DNA of 56,723 nucleotides. Origin: Armatimonadota bacterium. GTDB taxonomy: Bacteria > Armatimonadota > UBA10988. Under the pieces are notes generated by a model. That model did no database searches. It saw only the letters and a list, made by a program, of their open reading frames with translations, and had not been told where the DNA came from. Of the stretch, positions 1 through 8,732 are shown piece after piece (within the stretch, counting starts at the first letter, position 1; each line of letters starts with the position of its first letter). A program made the translations under genes and the position numbers. The stretch lies in NCBI GenBank assembly GCA_016235455.1, contig JACRKZ010000074.1:1-56723 (forward strand), given 5' to 3'.

Positions 1-73
1 GAGCCCGGCGGCCCGCCGCGAATGGTCACCACGGCCGAGCGCGAGCGCGAGCGCGTTGGCTGGGAGTGCCGCC

Positions 74-1429
74 ATGTCGACATCGAGACGCGAGTTCCTC
101 AGAGGGTCTGCCCTGGCCGGGCTGGGCCTCTACTTTGCACGCGACGGGTGGGCCGCGCCCCGATCGCCCAGCGACAAGCTTAACATCGCCGCCATCGGCA
201 TCGGCGGCCGCGGCGCCGGCGACCTGGACGAGGTGGCCAAGCTCGGCGAGAACATCGTCGCCCTGTGCGATGTGAACCGCACGACGCTCGGCAACCAGGG
301 CAAGCGCTTCCCCAAGGCCACCCAGTACACCGACTTCCGGCGGCTGTTCGACACCGAGCGGAACCTCGACGCCGTCGTCTGCGGCGCGCCCGACCATGTC
401 CATGCGCTGGTCTCGGGCATGGCCCTGGTGCGTGGGCTGCACAGCTACTGCGAGAAGCCGCTGACCCATACGCCCTATGAGGCGCGCTTCCTGGCCGAGC
501 TGGCCCGCGGCAAGGGCCTGGCCACCCAGATGGGCAACCAGGGCCATGCCAACAACGGGCTGCGCGAGGCCGTCGAGGTCATGCGCGCGGGCACGTTGGG
601 CCGTATCAGCCAGGTGCATGTGTGGACCGACCGGCCGGTCGGCTGGTGGCCCCAGGGCGTGCGCAGGCCCGTGGACAAGCCCACGGTGCCAGCCGACCTG
701 GACTGGGACAGCTTCCTCGGGCCGGCTCCCTGGCGACCCTATCACCCGGCCTATCAGCCGTTTGTGTGGCGCGGCTGGTGGGATTTCGGCACCGGCGCCA
801 TCGGCGACATCGCCTGCCACATGGCCGACCCGGCATTCTGGGGCCTGAACCTGGGCGATCCGGTGCGCGTCGAGTCCGAGACCGACGGCACGGGCACGCC
901 CGACAGCCCGCCGCTGCACAGCCGCACGCACTACATCTTCGCCGACGGCTGCGTGCTGACCTGGCATGACGGCAAGCTCAAGCCCGATGCGGACCTGTTC
1001 TGCGGCGCGCCGATCCCCGACAACGGCTCGCTGGTGGTCGGCGCCAACGGCACGCTGCTGATGGACGGCACCGCCGCCTATCGTCTGCTGCCGGACAAGC
1101 AGTGGACCGGCTTCAAGCCGCCCGCGCCGAGCCTGCCGCGCTCGCCCGGCCACCATGCCGAGTGGATCCGCGCGGCCAAGGGCGGCGAGATGTGTCAGTG
1201 CCCGTTCACCTACGCCGGCCACATGACCGAGGTGGTGCTGCTGGGCAACATCTCCATCCGCGGTGGCCAGCCGGTGGAGTGGGATGCCGACCTGATGCGC
1301 GTCACTAACAACCCCGACGCGCAGCAGTACGTCACCAAGACCTACCGGCCGGGCTGGGATCTGCACGAACTGACCGGCGTCAAGCCGCTGTTCGGCCACG
1401 TGCCGGTCAACCGGCACCGCGAGGGCTGA
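74..1429 (+). CDS. Tat-exported Gfo/Idh/MocA family oxidoreductase
   Basis: N-terminal SRREFLRG twin-arginine signal; Rossmann motif [10 protein letters not shown]; CEKPLTH motif; [18 protein letters not shown]; ATG at 74 preceded by GGGAG. Confidence 0.92.
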   Translation: MSTSRREFLRGSALAGLGLYFARDGWAAPRSPSDKLNIAAIGIGGRGAGDLDEVAKLGENIVALCDVNRTTLGNQGKRFPKATQYTDFRRLFDTERNLDAVVCGAPDHVHALVSGMALVRGLHSYCEKPLTHTPYEARFLAELARGKGLATQMGNQGHANNGLREAVEVMRAGTLGRISQVHVWTDRPVGWWPQGVRRPVDKPTVPADLDWDSFLGPAPWRPYHPAYQPFVWRGWWDFGTGAIGDIACHMADPAFWGLNLGDPVRVESETDGTGTPDSPPLHSRTHYIFADGCVLTWHDGKLKPDADLFCGAPIPDNGSLVVGANGTLLMDGTAAYRLLPDKQWTGFKPPAPSLPRSPGHHAEWIRAAKGGEMCQCPFTYAGHMTEVVLLGNISIRGGQPVEWDADLMRVTNNPDAQQYVTKTYRPGWDLHELTGVKPLFGHVPVNRHREG

Positions 1430-1472
1430 AGCATCCCAGAGCGTGCTATGCTGCGGGCCAAGAGGTAGTCAA

Positions 1473-3413
1473 ATGGACTGGTTGCGGCCCTTGGCGCGTG
1501 GTGGCGTCTACGACGTGCCCACGCATGGCGCCGGCCCGGCGGGCGAACTGCCGGTCCAGCCCGAGCAACTGACCGAGGGGGCCAGCGGCGACCTGTTCGG
1601 CTGGACCCAGGACGTTGGCATGGGCCTGCCGCCCGAGCGCCTGGGCCGGCCCGAAATGCTCATCTTGAGCACGTCGGGCGGGCTGCGCGGCGAGGACGGC
1701 AGGCCCATCGCGTTGGGCCTGCATACCGGCCATTGGGAAGTGCACCTGCAGGTGGCCGCCGCCGCCGAGGAGCTCAGCCGGCGCGGCGCCGTGCCGTTCG
1801 CCGCCAGCGTCACCGACCCCTGCGACGGCCGCACGCAGGGCACGACCGGCATGATGGACTCGCTGGCCTACCGTAACGACGCGGCCATCGTGTTCCGCCG
1901 GCTGATTCGTTCGCTGCCCACGCGCGCCGGCGTGCTGGGTGTGGCCACCTGCGACAAGGGCCTGCCGGCGATGATGATGGCGCTGGCCGCCATGCGCGAC
2001 CTGCCGGTGGTGCTGGTGCCGGGCGGCGTGACCCTGCCCGCGCGCGGCGCCGAGGACCTGGCCACGGTGCAGAGCCTTGGCGCGCGCTACGCCCAAGGCC
2101 AGGTCAGCCTGAAGGAAGTCGCCGAGCTCGGCTGCCGCGCCTGCGGCTCGGGCGGTGGTGGCTGCCAGTTCCTGGGCACGGCCGGCACGGCGCAGGTGGT
2201 AGCCGAGGCGCTGGGTCTCACCGTGCCCCATGCCGCGTTGGCGCCCTCGGGCTTCCCCATCTGGCTCGACGTGGCCCGCCGCAGTGCCCTGGCCCTGCTG
2301 GCGGCGCGCGAGTCGGGCCTGACCGCGGCCGACATCGTCACCGACGACGCGGTCCACAATGCCATGGTCGTCCATGCGGCGTTTGGCGGCAGCACCAACC
2401 TGCTGCTGCACCTGCCGGCCATAGCCCACGCCGCCGGGCTGCGCCGGCCGACGGTGGACGACTGGCATGCGGTCAACCTGGCCACGCCGCGGCTGGTCGA
2501 TGTGCTGCCCAATGGGCCGCGGTACCACCCGACAGTCCGCGTCTACCTGGCTGGCGGCGTACCCGAGGTCATGCTGCATCTGCGCGAGCTGGGCCTGTTG
2601 CGGCTCGAAGCGCGCAGCGCCACAGGCCAGACGGTGGGCGAGAGCCTGGACGCCTGGGCCGGCTCCGAACGGCGGGATCGGCTGCGCGAACGCCTGCAGC
2701 GGGCCGACGGCGTCGACCCCGACGAGGTCATTTACAGCCCCGAGCGCGCTCGCCACGCCGGCCTGACCAGCACCGTGGTCTTTCCACGGGGCAACCTGGC
2801 GCCCGAAGGCTCGGTCATTAAGGCCACGGCGCTCGACCCGAGCGTGGTGGATGCAGACGGTGTCTACCGGCACTGCGGGCCGGCCAAGGTGTTCATCACC
2901 GAGCGCGCGGCCATCGCGGCCATCAAGCGCGGGCAGATCGCGGCGGGCGACGTCATGGTCATCTGCTCGCGGGGGCCCTTGGGCTCGGGCATGGAGGAGA
3001 CCGCACAGGTCACCATCGCGCTCAAGCACCTGCCGTTCGGCAAGCACGTGGCCTTGCTCACCGACGGTCGGTTCTCGGGGGTCAGCACGGGCGCGTGCAT
3101 CGGCCACATCGGGCCTGAAGCACTGGCCGGCGGGCCCTTGGGCAAGCTGCTCGACGGCGACCGTGTAGCGATTCGCGTCGATCGCGTCACACTAGAAGGC
3201 AGCATCGATCTGGTGGGTGTCGACGGCGTCGACCACGGGGCCGACTGGGGCGCCGCCGAACTGGCCCGGCGCGCTCCGCGCGCCGATCTGGCGCCTGATG
3301 CGCTGCTGCCCGACGACACGCGCCTGTGGGCTGCGCTGCAGGCGTTGAGCGGCGGCACGTGGGGCGGCTGCGTGTTTGACGTGGATTCTGTTTTACAGCG
3401 CCTTAACACCTGA
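1473..3413 (+). CDS. IlvD/Edd family sugar-acid dehydratase (YjhG/YagF D-xylonate dehydratase-like)
   Basis: Motifs [33 protein letters not shown]; [11 protein letters not shown] typical of the YagF/YjhG subgroup; start at ATG 1473 after AGAGG. Confidence 0.88.
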   Translation: MDWLRPLARGGVYDVPTHGAGPAGELPVQPEQLTEGASGDLFGWTQDVGMGLPPERLGRPEMLILSTSGGLRGEDGRPIALGLHTGHWEVHLQVAAAAEELSRRGAVPFAASVTDPCDGRTQGTTGMMDSLAYRNDAAIVFRRLIRSLPTRAGVLGVATCDKGLPAMMMALAAMRDLPVVLVPGGVTLPARGAEDLATVQSLGARYAQGQVSLKEVAELGCRACGSGGGGCQFLGTAGTAQVVAEALGLTVPHAALAPSGFPIWLDVARRSALALLAARESGLTAADIVTDDAVHNAMVVHAAFGGSTNLLLHLPAIAHAAGLRRPTVDDWHAVNLATPRLVDVLPNGPRYHPTVRVYLAGGVPEVMLHLRELGLLRLEARSATGQTVGESLDAWAGSERRDRLRERLQRADGVDPDEVIYSPERARHAGLTSTVVFPRGNLAPEGSVIKATALDPSVVDADGVYRHCGPAKVFITERAAIAAIKRGQIAAGDVMVICSRGPLGSGMEETAQVTIALKHLPFGKHVALLTDGRFSGVSTGACIGHIGPEALAGGPLGKLLDGDRVAIRVDRVTLEGSIDLVGVDGVDHGADWGAAELARRAPRADLAPDALLPDDTRLWAALQALSGGTWGGCVFDVDSVLQRLNT

Positions 3414-3434
3414 GCGGTGGAGGCCGATAAACGG

Positions 3435-3461
3435 GGAACCAGGGCGCTGAGTAGCAGCGTT
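3435..3461 (+). promoter_or_regulatory. possible ECF-sigma promoter (GGAACC-N17-CGTT)
   Basis: GGAACC at 3435-3440 and CGTT at 3458-3461, upstream of the orphan cluster. Confidence 0.3.
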
Positions 3462-3514
3462 TGGATATCGGAGCCGCGGGTCGGCTCCGCCGATGGGCAG
3501 GATGGAGGTCCGAA

Positions 3515-3961
3515 GTGAACAACGTGGAGTTCCGCACCGGCGGCGACTGGGATACGACGACGCTGTTCAACAACGGCGAGGAAGTGTTCGCCAGCCAGTT
3601 GTTCGTCGAGTTGCATTGCGGTCGCGACGAATGGGGCAACCCGGCCGACGGCGGCATCGGCAACGGTGGCGAGTTCGCCGCCATTGTCCGGCTGCAAGAG
3701 GATCCCAGCCGCGAGGTGGGCCTCTTCCCGGGCCGGCTGGAGATGATCTTCCCGCGGCACAACCTGACCATCGAGAACACGCACCCCGGCTTCGCGTTCG
3801 AGTTCACGCGGATCTGGTACAACGGCCACGATGTGACTGATGATGTGGTTGACCTGCTGGTGAACATCGACGCCGCGAACAACCAGGTGCAGGCGTACAT
3901 CACGGTCTATCGGTCGCATTGGATCGCCCAGGACGAAGTGGCGACCTACAATATCATCTAG
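3515..3961 (+). CDS. hypothetical acidic, beta-rich cytoplasmic protein
   Basis: GTG start after GGAGG; host-like codon usage; no recognisable family motif. Confidence 0.8.
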   Translation: MNNVEFRTGGDWDTTTLFNNGEEVFASQLFVELHCGRDEWGNPADGGIGNGGEFAAIVRLQEDPSREVGLFPGRLEMIFPRHNLTIENTHPGFAFEFTRIWYNGHDVTDDVVDLLVNIDAANNQVQAYITVYRSHWIAQDEVATYNII

Positions 3962-3974
3962 AGGGAGGATCCCC

Positions 3975-4784
3975 ATGACCTCAACGCGTTGGACGATGGG
4001 CCGTCGGTATGGCCTCGGTCTGCTGGCCCTGGCGCTGGTCGCCTTCCATGCCCCAGTGGCCGAAGCCGGCCGCTCGGGCGGCTCGCGCGGTGGCAGCAGC
4101 TTCGGTGGGTCGCGCAGCAGCAGCGGCGGCAGCTTCGGCGGCAGTTCGCGCTCCTCAGGGGGCAGCTTCGGCGGCAGCTCTCGCTCGTCGGGCAGCAGCA
4201 GCTTCAGCGGCAGCAAGCCCTCCAGCGGTGGCAGCTTCGGCTCGTCGTCGAGTAGCAAGCCCTCGACTGGCGGCAGCTTCGGCGCCCCGCGCACCGCGCC
4301 GAGCACCGGTCGCTCCACCTCGGGCGGCAGCTTCGGCTCCTCGTCAAGCAGCAAGCCCTCGAGCGGTGGCAGCTTCGGATCTCCGAGCACGACGAGCAGT
4401 CGTACGGGTTCGTTCGGCAGTGCGCCGAGCTTCGCCCGCTCCAGTTCGTCGGTGCCACGCTACTACTCAAGCCGCACGCCGATCAGCTCCAGTCCGCTGC
4501 CGTATGCCGTCGCTGGCTACGCCGCGGGCTCGCTCATGGCTCACCGCTATGGCGGTTGGTCGGACTACAGCTACGGCTGGGCGCACCCACGCTGGTACTA
4601 CTACACGCCGTTCAGCCCGGCCTTCTACTATGGCCGGCCGGTGTATGTCGACGGCGCGCTGTACCCCGGCTCGTTCAGCCTGGGTCGGCTGATCTTCGGC
4701 GCCATCGCGCTGTTCTTCGTGGTGGCCATCATCGCCGGCCTGGTCAAGGGTCGCGGCCCCAAGTACACCACCTACAGCGGCTGA
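3975..4784 (+). CDS. exported Gly/Ser-rich (GGSFG-repeat) protein with Tyr-rich segment and C-terminal TM anchor
   Basis: GGAGG RBS; signal peptide ending AEA; eight SFG motifs; TM helix LIFGAIALFFVVAIIAGLV. Confidence 0.85.
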   Translation: MTSTRWTMGRRYGLGLLALALVAFHAPVAEAGRSGGSRGGSSFGGSRSSSGGSFGGSSRSSGGSFGGSSRSSGSSSFSGSKPSSGGSFGSSSSSKPSTGGSFGAPRTAPSTGRSTSGGSFGSSSSSKPSSGGSFGSPSTTSSRTGSFGSAPSFARSSSSVPRYYSSRTPISSSPLPYAVAGYAAGSLMAHRYGGWSDYSYGWAHPRWYYYTPFSPAFYYGRPVYVDGALYPGSFSLGRLIFGAIALFFVVAIIAGLVKGRGPKYTTYSG

Positions 4785-4856
4785 GCCGTGTCGGCTTGAG
4801 TTGAGCGTCGGGGCGCGGCTGGCCGTGCCCCGATGCCGTTCACCAAGGAATTGCGC

Positions 4857-5372
4857 ATGTTCGGACGCCCCAAGCCCGAAGCTGCTCCACCACTCGCCAT
4901 CAGCGCCGCCGAGCGCGCCAAGATCATGGGCCGCGGGCTGGTGCAGGTCGTGGTCACGCAGACAGAACCCCTCGAGTTCATTGTCCTGATCAACGAGAAG
5001 GTCATCCCCCAGGACCAGGTCGGCAGCTTGTTCGTCAGCATCGAGGCGCCGAGCGACGCCGCGCCTGACGGCACGGTGCAAGCCACGCTGGAATACCTGG
5101 TCGACACCATCGGCGGGCAGGCGGCGATGCAGCGCGTGGAGCTGTTCCCTTGCACGCTGGTGTTGCTGGCGGCCGGCCGGCGCGTGGCCATCACCGCCAG
5201 CAGCGCCGGCTCGCTCGACGGCATGTGGATCAATCTGGGCCTCAAGCCCGACGGCTCCTCGCACGAGGTGTCCGGCGCGCAGGCGCTGTCGGTCATTGTG
5301 CAGGACCCGCTGCTGCAGGCCAAGATCACCTGGAACGACGGCCGCGAAGAGGATCTGATCCCGGTTGCCTAG
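4857..5372 (+). CDS. hypothetical protein, probable distant paralog of 3515..3961
   Basis: AAGGA RBS before ATG 4857; collinear short motifs shared with 3515..3961. Confidence 0.75.
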   Translation: MFGRPKPEAAPPLAISAAERAKIMGRGLVQVVVTQTEPLEFIVLINEKVIPQDQVGSLFVSIEAPSDAAPDGTVQATLEYLVDTIGGQAAMQRVELFPCTLVLLAAGRRVAITASSAGSLDGMWINLGLKPDGSSHEVSGAQALSVIVQDPLLQAKITWNDGREEDLIPVA

Positions 5373-5405
5373 GGGTGTAAACTAGCGGCGGGAGGATCCC
5401 ACACC

Positions 5406-6188
5406 GTGGACACCGCTTCTCGCCCGACCGCGATCGTGACGGGCGCCAGCCGAGGTATCGGCCGGGGTATCGCCGAGGCGCTGGGTGCGCTCGGCTGGGC
5501 CGTGGCCATCAACTACAACCGTAGCGCCGAAGCTGCCGAGGCCGCTGCCGTGGCTATTCGCGCCGCGGGTGGCGAGGCCATTTGCGTGCAGGCCGACATC
5601 GGCAGCCTGGCCGACCACGCCCGGCTGGTCGACGCCACGCTCGACGCATTCGACCGCATCGATCTGCTGGTCAACAACGCGGGCATCGGTTCGCTGGTGC
5701 GCGGCGACCTGCTCGATGCCACGCCCGAGAGCTTCGACGCGGTGCTCAGCACCAACCTGCGCGGCCCGTACTTCCTCACCCAACGCGTCGCCAAGGCGAT
5801 GATCGATCTGGTCAGTCGCGGCGTGGTGGATGCACCCCAGATCGTCAACGTCAGCAGCATCAGCGCGTATACCGTGAGCACCAGCCGCGGCGACTACTGC
5901 CTGAGCAAGGCGGCCTTGGCCATGATGACCGGCCTGTATGCCGACCGGCTGGCCGAGTACGGCATCAACGTCTACGAGATCCGGCCGGGCGTCATCGCCA
6001 CCGACATGACCGGCCCGGTCAAGGCCAAGTACGATGCGCTCATCGCCGAGGGCTTGACGCCCATCCGGCGCTGGGGCCAGCCCGAAGACATCGCCAAGGC
6101 GGTCTGCGCCATCGCTGCGGGCGCGCTGCCCTTCTCCACGGGCCAGGTTCTGGACATCGATGGCGGCTTCCACCTGCGCCGGCTCTAG
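5406..6188 (+). CDS. SDR family oxidoreductase (3-ketoacyl-ACP reductase-like)
   Basis: [17 protein letters not shown] (YxxxK), PGVIAT, DGG. Confidence 0.93.
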   Translation: MDTASRPTAIVTGASRGIGRGIAEALGALGWAVAINYNRSAEAAEAAAVAIRAAGGEAICVQADIGSLADHARLVDATLDAFDRIDLLVNNAGIGSLVRGDLLDATPESFDAVLSTNLRGPYFLTQRVAKAMIDLVSRGVVDAPQIVNVSSISAYTVSTSRGDYCLSKAALAMMTGLYADRLAEYGINVYEIRPGVIATDMTGPVKAKYDALIAEGLTPIRRWGQPEDIAKAVCAIAAGALPFSTGQVLDIDGGFHLRRL

Positions 6189-6216
6189 CTTCTCCGCAAC
6201 ACAGAAAGGACCCACG

Positions 6217-7215
6217 ATGGACCCCAAGGTCATCCTCACCGGATTCGCCGACGAAGGCCCGACCACCAAGAACGTCGAGGCGCAACTGGCTATGTGCCGC
6301 GGCCTCGGCCTGAGCTACTACTCGCCCCGCTTCGTCAATCTCGGCGGCGGCGCGAAGAACCTGATGGCCGCGACCGACGACGAGTTGGCGCAGATCCGCG
6401 ACCTGCACGACGCGTATGAGATGAAGGTCAGCTCCATCGGTTCGCCGATCGGCAAGGTCAAGCTGCTTGACGCCGACGATGGCACGGCCAACCGCTACGT
6501 GCCGTTCGAGACCTACCTCGATACCGAGGTGGCGCACGCCATCGACGTGGCCAGGCTGCTGGGCGCCAAACTCATTCGCGGGTTCAGCTTCTATCCGCCG
6601 AAGACCGACGATCCCATGGCGCACGTCGAGCTGGCCGCCGGCTACCTGCGCGCCATCGCCGAGCGCTGCGCCGCGGCCGGCCTCGTCTACGGCCTCGAAG
6701 TCGAAGCCAACCTCGTGGGCCGCGACGGCCGCACCGAGATGGCGCTGTTCGACGCTGTGGGCCACGACAGCCTGATGCTCATCTTCGACGGCGCCAACAT
6801 CGCCTGCCAGGGCTACCCGCGCGACAGCGTCTACGCCGAATACGAGGCCATGAAGGCCGGCATCGGCTGGATGCACGTCAAGGACTACCAGTTGGCCGAC
6901 GGCGCACAACAGACCGGCCACATCGACGAAGAGTCGCTGTGGCGGTTCGTGCCTTGCGACCGCGGCACGTCGGGCTATGCGGCGATCCTGGCCGACTTCC
7001 GCGCCGCGCTGCCGGCGCTGACCGCGAAGCTCCAGGCGCGCGGCATCCCCGGCGTCTTCCTCGATCTCGAGCCGCACCTCAAGGGTGGCGGCCAGTTCGG
7101 CGGCTTCAGCGGCTGCGACGGCTTCGGTGTGGCGCTGCGCGTGCTGTGCGGCGTGCTGGACGCGGTCGGCATCGGCTACGACCTGACCGTATACGGCGAG
7201 CTCAACCGCGCCTGA
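6217..7215 (+). CDS. sugar phosphate isomerase/epimerase family TIM-barrel protein
   Basis: GFADE, IGSPIGK, IRGFSFY, FDGAN, HVKD, LEPHL; GAAAGGA RBS. Confidence 0.85.
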   Translation: MDPKVILTGFADEGPTTKNVEAQLAMCRGLGLSYYSPRFVNLGGGAKNLMAATDDELAQIRDLHDAYEMKVSSIGSPIGKVKLLDADDGTANRYVPFETYLDTEVAHAIDVARLLGAKLIRGFSFYPPKTDDPMAHVELAAGYLRAIAERCAAAGLVYGLEVEANLVGRDGRTEMALFDAVGHDSLMLIFDGANIACQGYPRDSVYAEYEAMKAGIGWMHVKDYQLADGAQQTGHIDEESLWRFVPCDRGTSGYAAILADFRAALPALTAKLQARGIPGVFLDLEPHLKGGGQFGGFSGCDGFGVALRVLCGVLDAVGIGYDLTVYGELNRA

Positions 7216-7294
7216 GGGGCACGGGGAGGCGCGCTCCGCGCGCCGAACGATTGGGCTGGCGTGAACCGGTGCGGGTTGGGTATAACGTAGCCTA

Positions 7295-7999
7295 ATGATC
7301 ACCTATCGATGCCCTGGCTGCGGTGAGCGCCTGAACGTCGTGGAGAGCGAACTGGACCGGCAGGTCGAGTGCGCCGCCTGCGGCATGCCCAGTCGGTGCC
7401 CGGCGTCGGACTACCACAAGAGCCGGCTGCGCCGACTCAAGTCGGAGCTGGCCAAGCGCCCGCTGGCCTCCGCGGAGTTGCGTGAGGCCGCGGTGCATTA
7501 CCGCGGGCTGGGGCAGGACGACAAGGCGCGCCGCGCCGAGAAAGCGGCGCGCCGCGCCGCGGAGACCGGCGTCGCCGAGGCGGACAGCGAGCTGGCCGGT
7601 GCCGTGGCGGCGGTCACCGCCGACTTTGCCGACTACGAACCGGCGCCCGCGCCGCACGACGCGTTGGCGCTGGCCATCGGCGCTGCGGTCTGGGCGGGCG
7701 TGACGGTCGGGGCGGCGCTAGTCCATCCCGCGGCGGTAGCGCCCCTCTTCGCGCATGGGCTGGCGGCCATGGCGGTGGCGGGCGCCTGTGCCGTGCGCGG
7801 TTCGGCGGCGGGCTGGACACTGCTCGGTGGGGTACTGCTCGGCGCGCCGTTCGGCATGGCCTATGGCTTGCTCTATCGCGGGTCGGCTCCACGCCATCTG
7901 CCTCGCGCCGACAGTGGCGTGGCGCTGGGTATGGCTGTGGTGACCACGGCGGTGTGGGTCGGCACCGCTGTGCATCTGCTGGCTGTGAGGCTGGCATGA
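7295..7999 (+). CDS. Zn-ribbon + helical + multi-TM membrane protein (paralog 1)
   Basis: CPGC...CAAC at the N-terminus; about 4 hydrophobic helices at the C-terminus; TATAAC 8 nt upstream of the ATG with no SD. Confidence 0.75.
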   Translation: MITYRCPGCGERLNVVESELDRQVECAACGMPSRCPASDYHKSRLRRLKSELAKRPLASAELREAAVHYRGLGQDDKARRAEKAARRAAETGVAEADSELAGAVAAVTADFADYEPAPAPHDALALAIGAAVWAGVTVGAALVHPAAVAPLFAHGLAAMAVAGACAVRGSAAGWTLLGGVLLGAPFGMAYGLLYRGSAPRHLPRADSGVALGMAVVTTAVWVGTAVHLLAVRLA

Positions 8000-8706
8000 C
8001 CTACCGCTGCCCGCATTGTGGGTTCCGCATCGCGTTGTCGGACCGCCATTGTGGCGAGACGCGCGCCTGTCCGGCTTGCCTGCGCGACAGCCGCGTGCCC
8101 GACGCCCTGCATCGCGACCGGCTCGAAGCGCTGTTCGAGCAGTCCAACCAGCGGCCTCTGACCGCCGCCGAGTGGAACGAGGTGGCTACCCACTACCGCG
8201 CGCTGGGCGACCGCGCCAAGGCCGACAAGGCGGAGATCTCCGCCTCGCGCGCTTTCGACGCCGAGTCCGAGCGCCGGGTCGACGCCATCGTGCCCGACCT
8301 GGTGGCGCCGGTGGAGGCCGCCGAGATCGAGTCGGCGATCGCCGCCGACGGGGGACAGAGCGGGCACCTGCGGGCCTGGATATGGTGCGCCGTGGCGGCC
8401 GGCCTGCTGGCGCTGGCGGCGGCTCTTTGGCCGGTGGGCCGGCTGGCTGCCGCGACGCAGGCGGCCACGGCGATCGCCGTCGCGGCGTCCGTGGCGCTGC
8501 GCGGCCAGGCGGTGGCGGGCACGCTGGCACGCGGCCTGTGGCTGACGGCGCCGGTGGCCTGCCTGCTGGCCGAGACACGGGCGCAGCGTGAGCCCGCGGC
8601 CGTGCCGCTGGACGATCAGCTCGCGGCGCAGATGCTGGCCTGGGTGGCCTGCGCGGCGTGGCTGGCGGGCTACGCGATCAGCCTGCTGACCGTGCTTCGT
8701 TCGTAG
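7996..8706 (+). CDS. Zn-ribbon + helical + multi-TM membrane protein (paralog 2)
   Basis: ATGA overlap with the previous gene; CPHC...CPAC; shares RPL.AE..E.A.HYR.LG...KA..AE with paralog 1. Confidence 0.75.
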   Translation: MTYRCPHCGFRIALSDRHCGETRACPACLRDSRVPDALHRDRLEALFEQSNQRPLTAAEWNEVATHYRALGDRAKADKAEISASRAFDAESERRVDAIVPDLVAPVEAAEIESAIAADGGQSGHLRAWIWCAVAAGLLALAAALWPVGRLAAATQAATAIAVAASVALRGQAVAGTLARGLWLTAPVACLLAETRAQREPAAVPLDDQLAAQMLAWVACAAWLAGYAISLLTVLRS

Positions 8707-8732
8707 CTGTCGCCAGAAGAGGATGGACGTTC

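Noticed and set aside
2864-4390. Minus-strand ORF with PKLPP repeats
   Set aside because: It is simply the reverse complement of the GGSFG repeats
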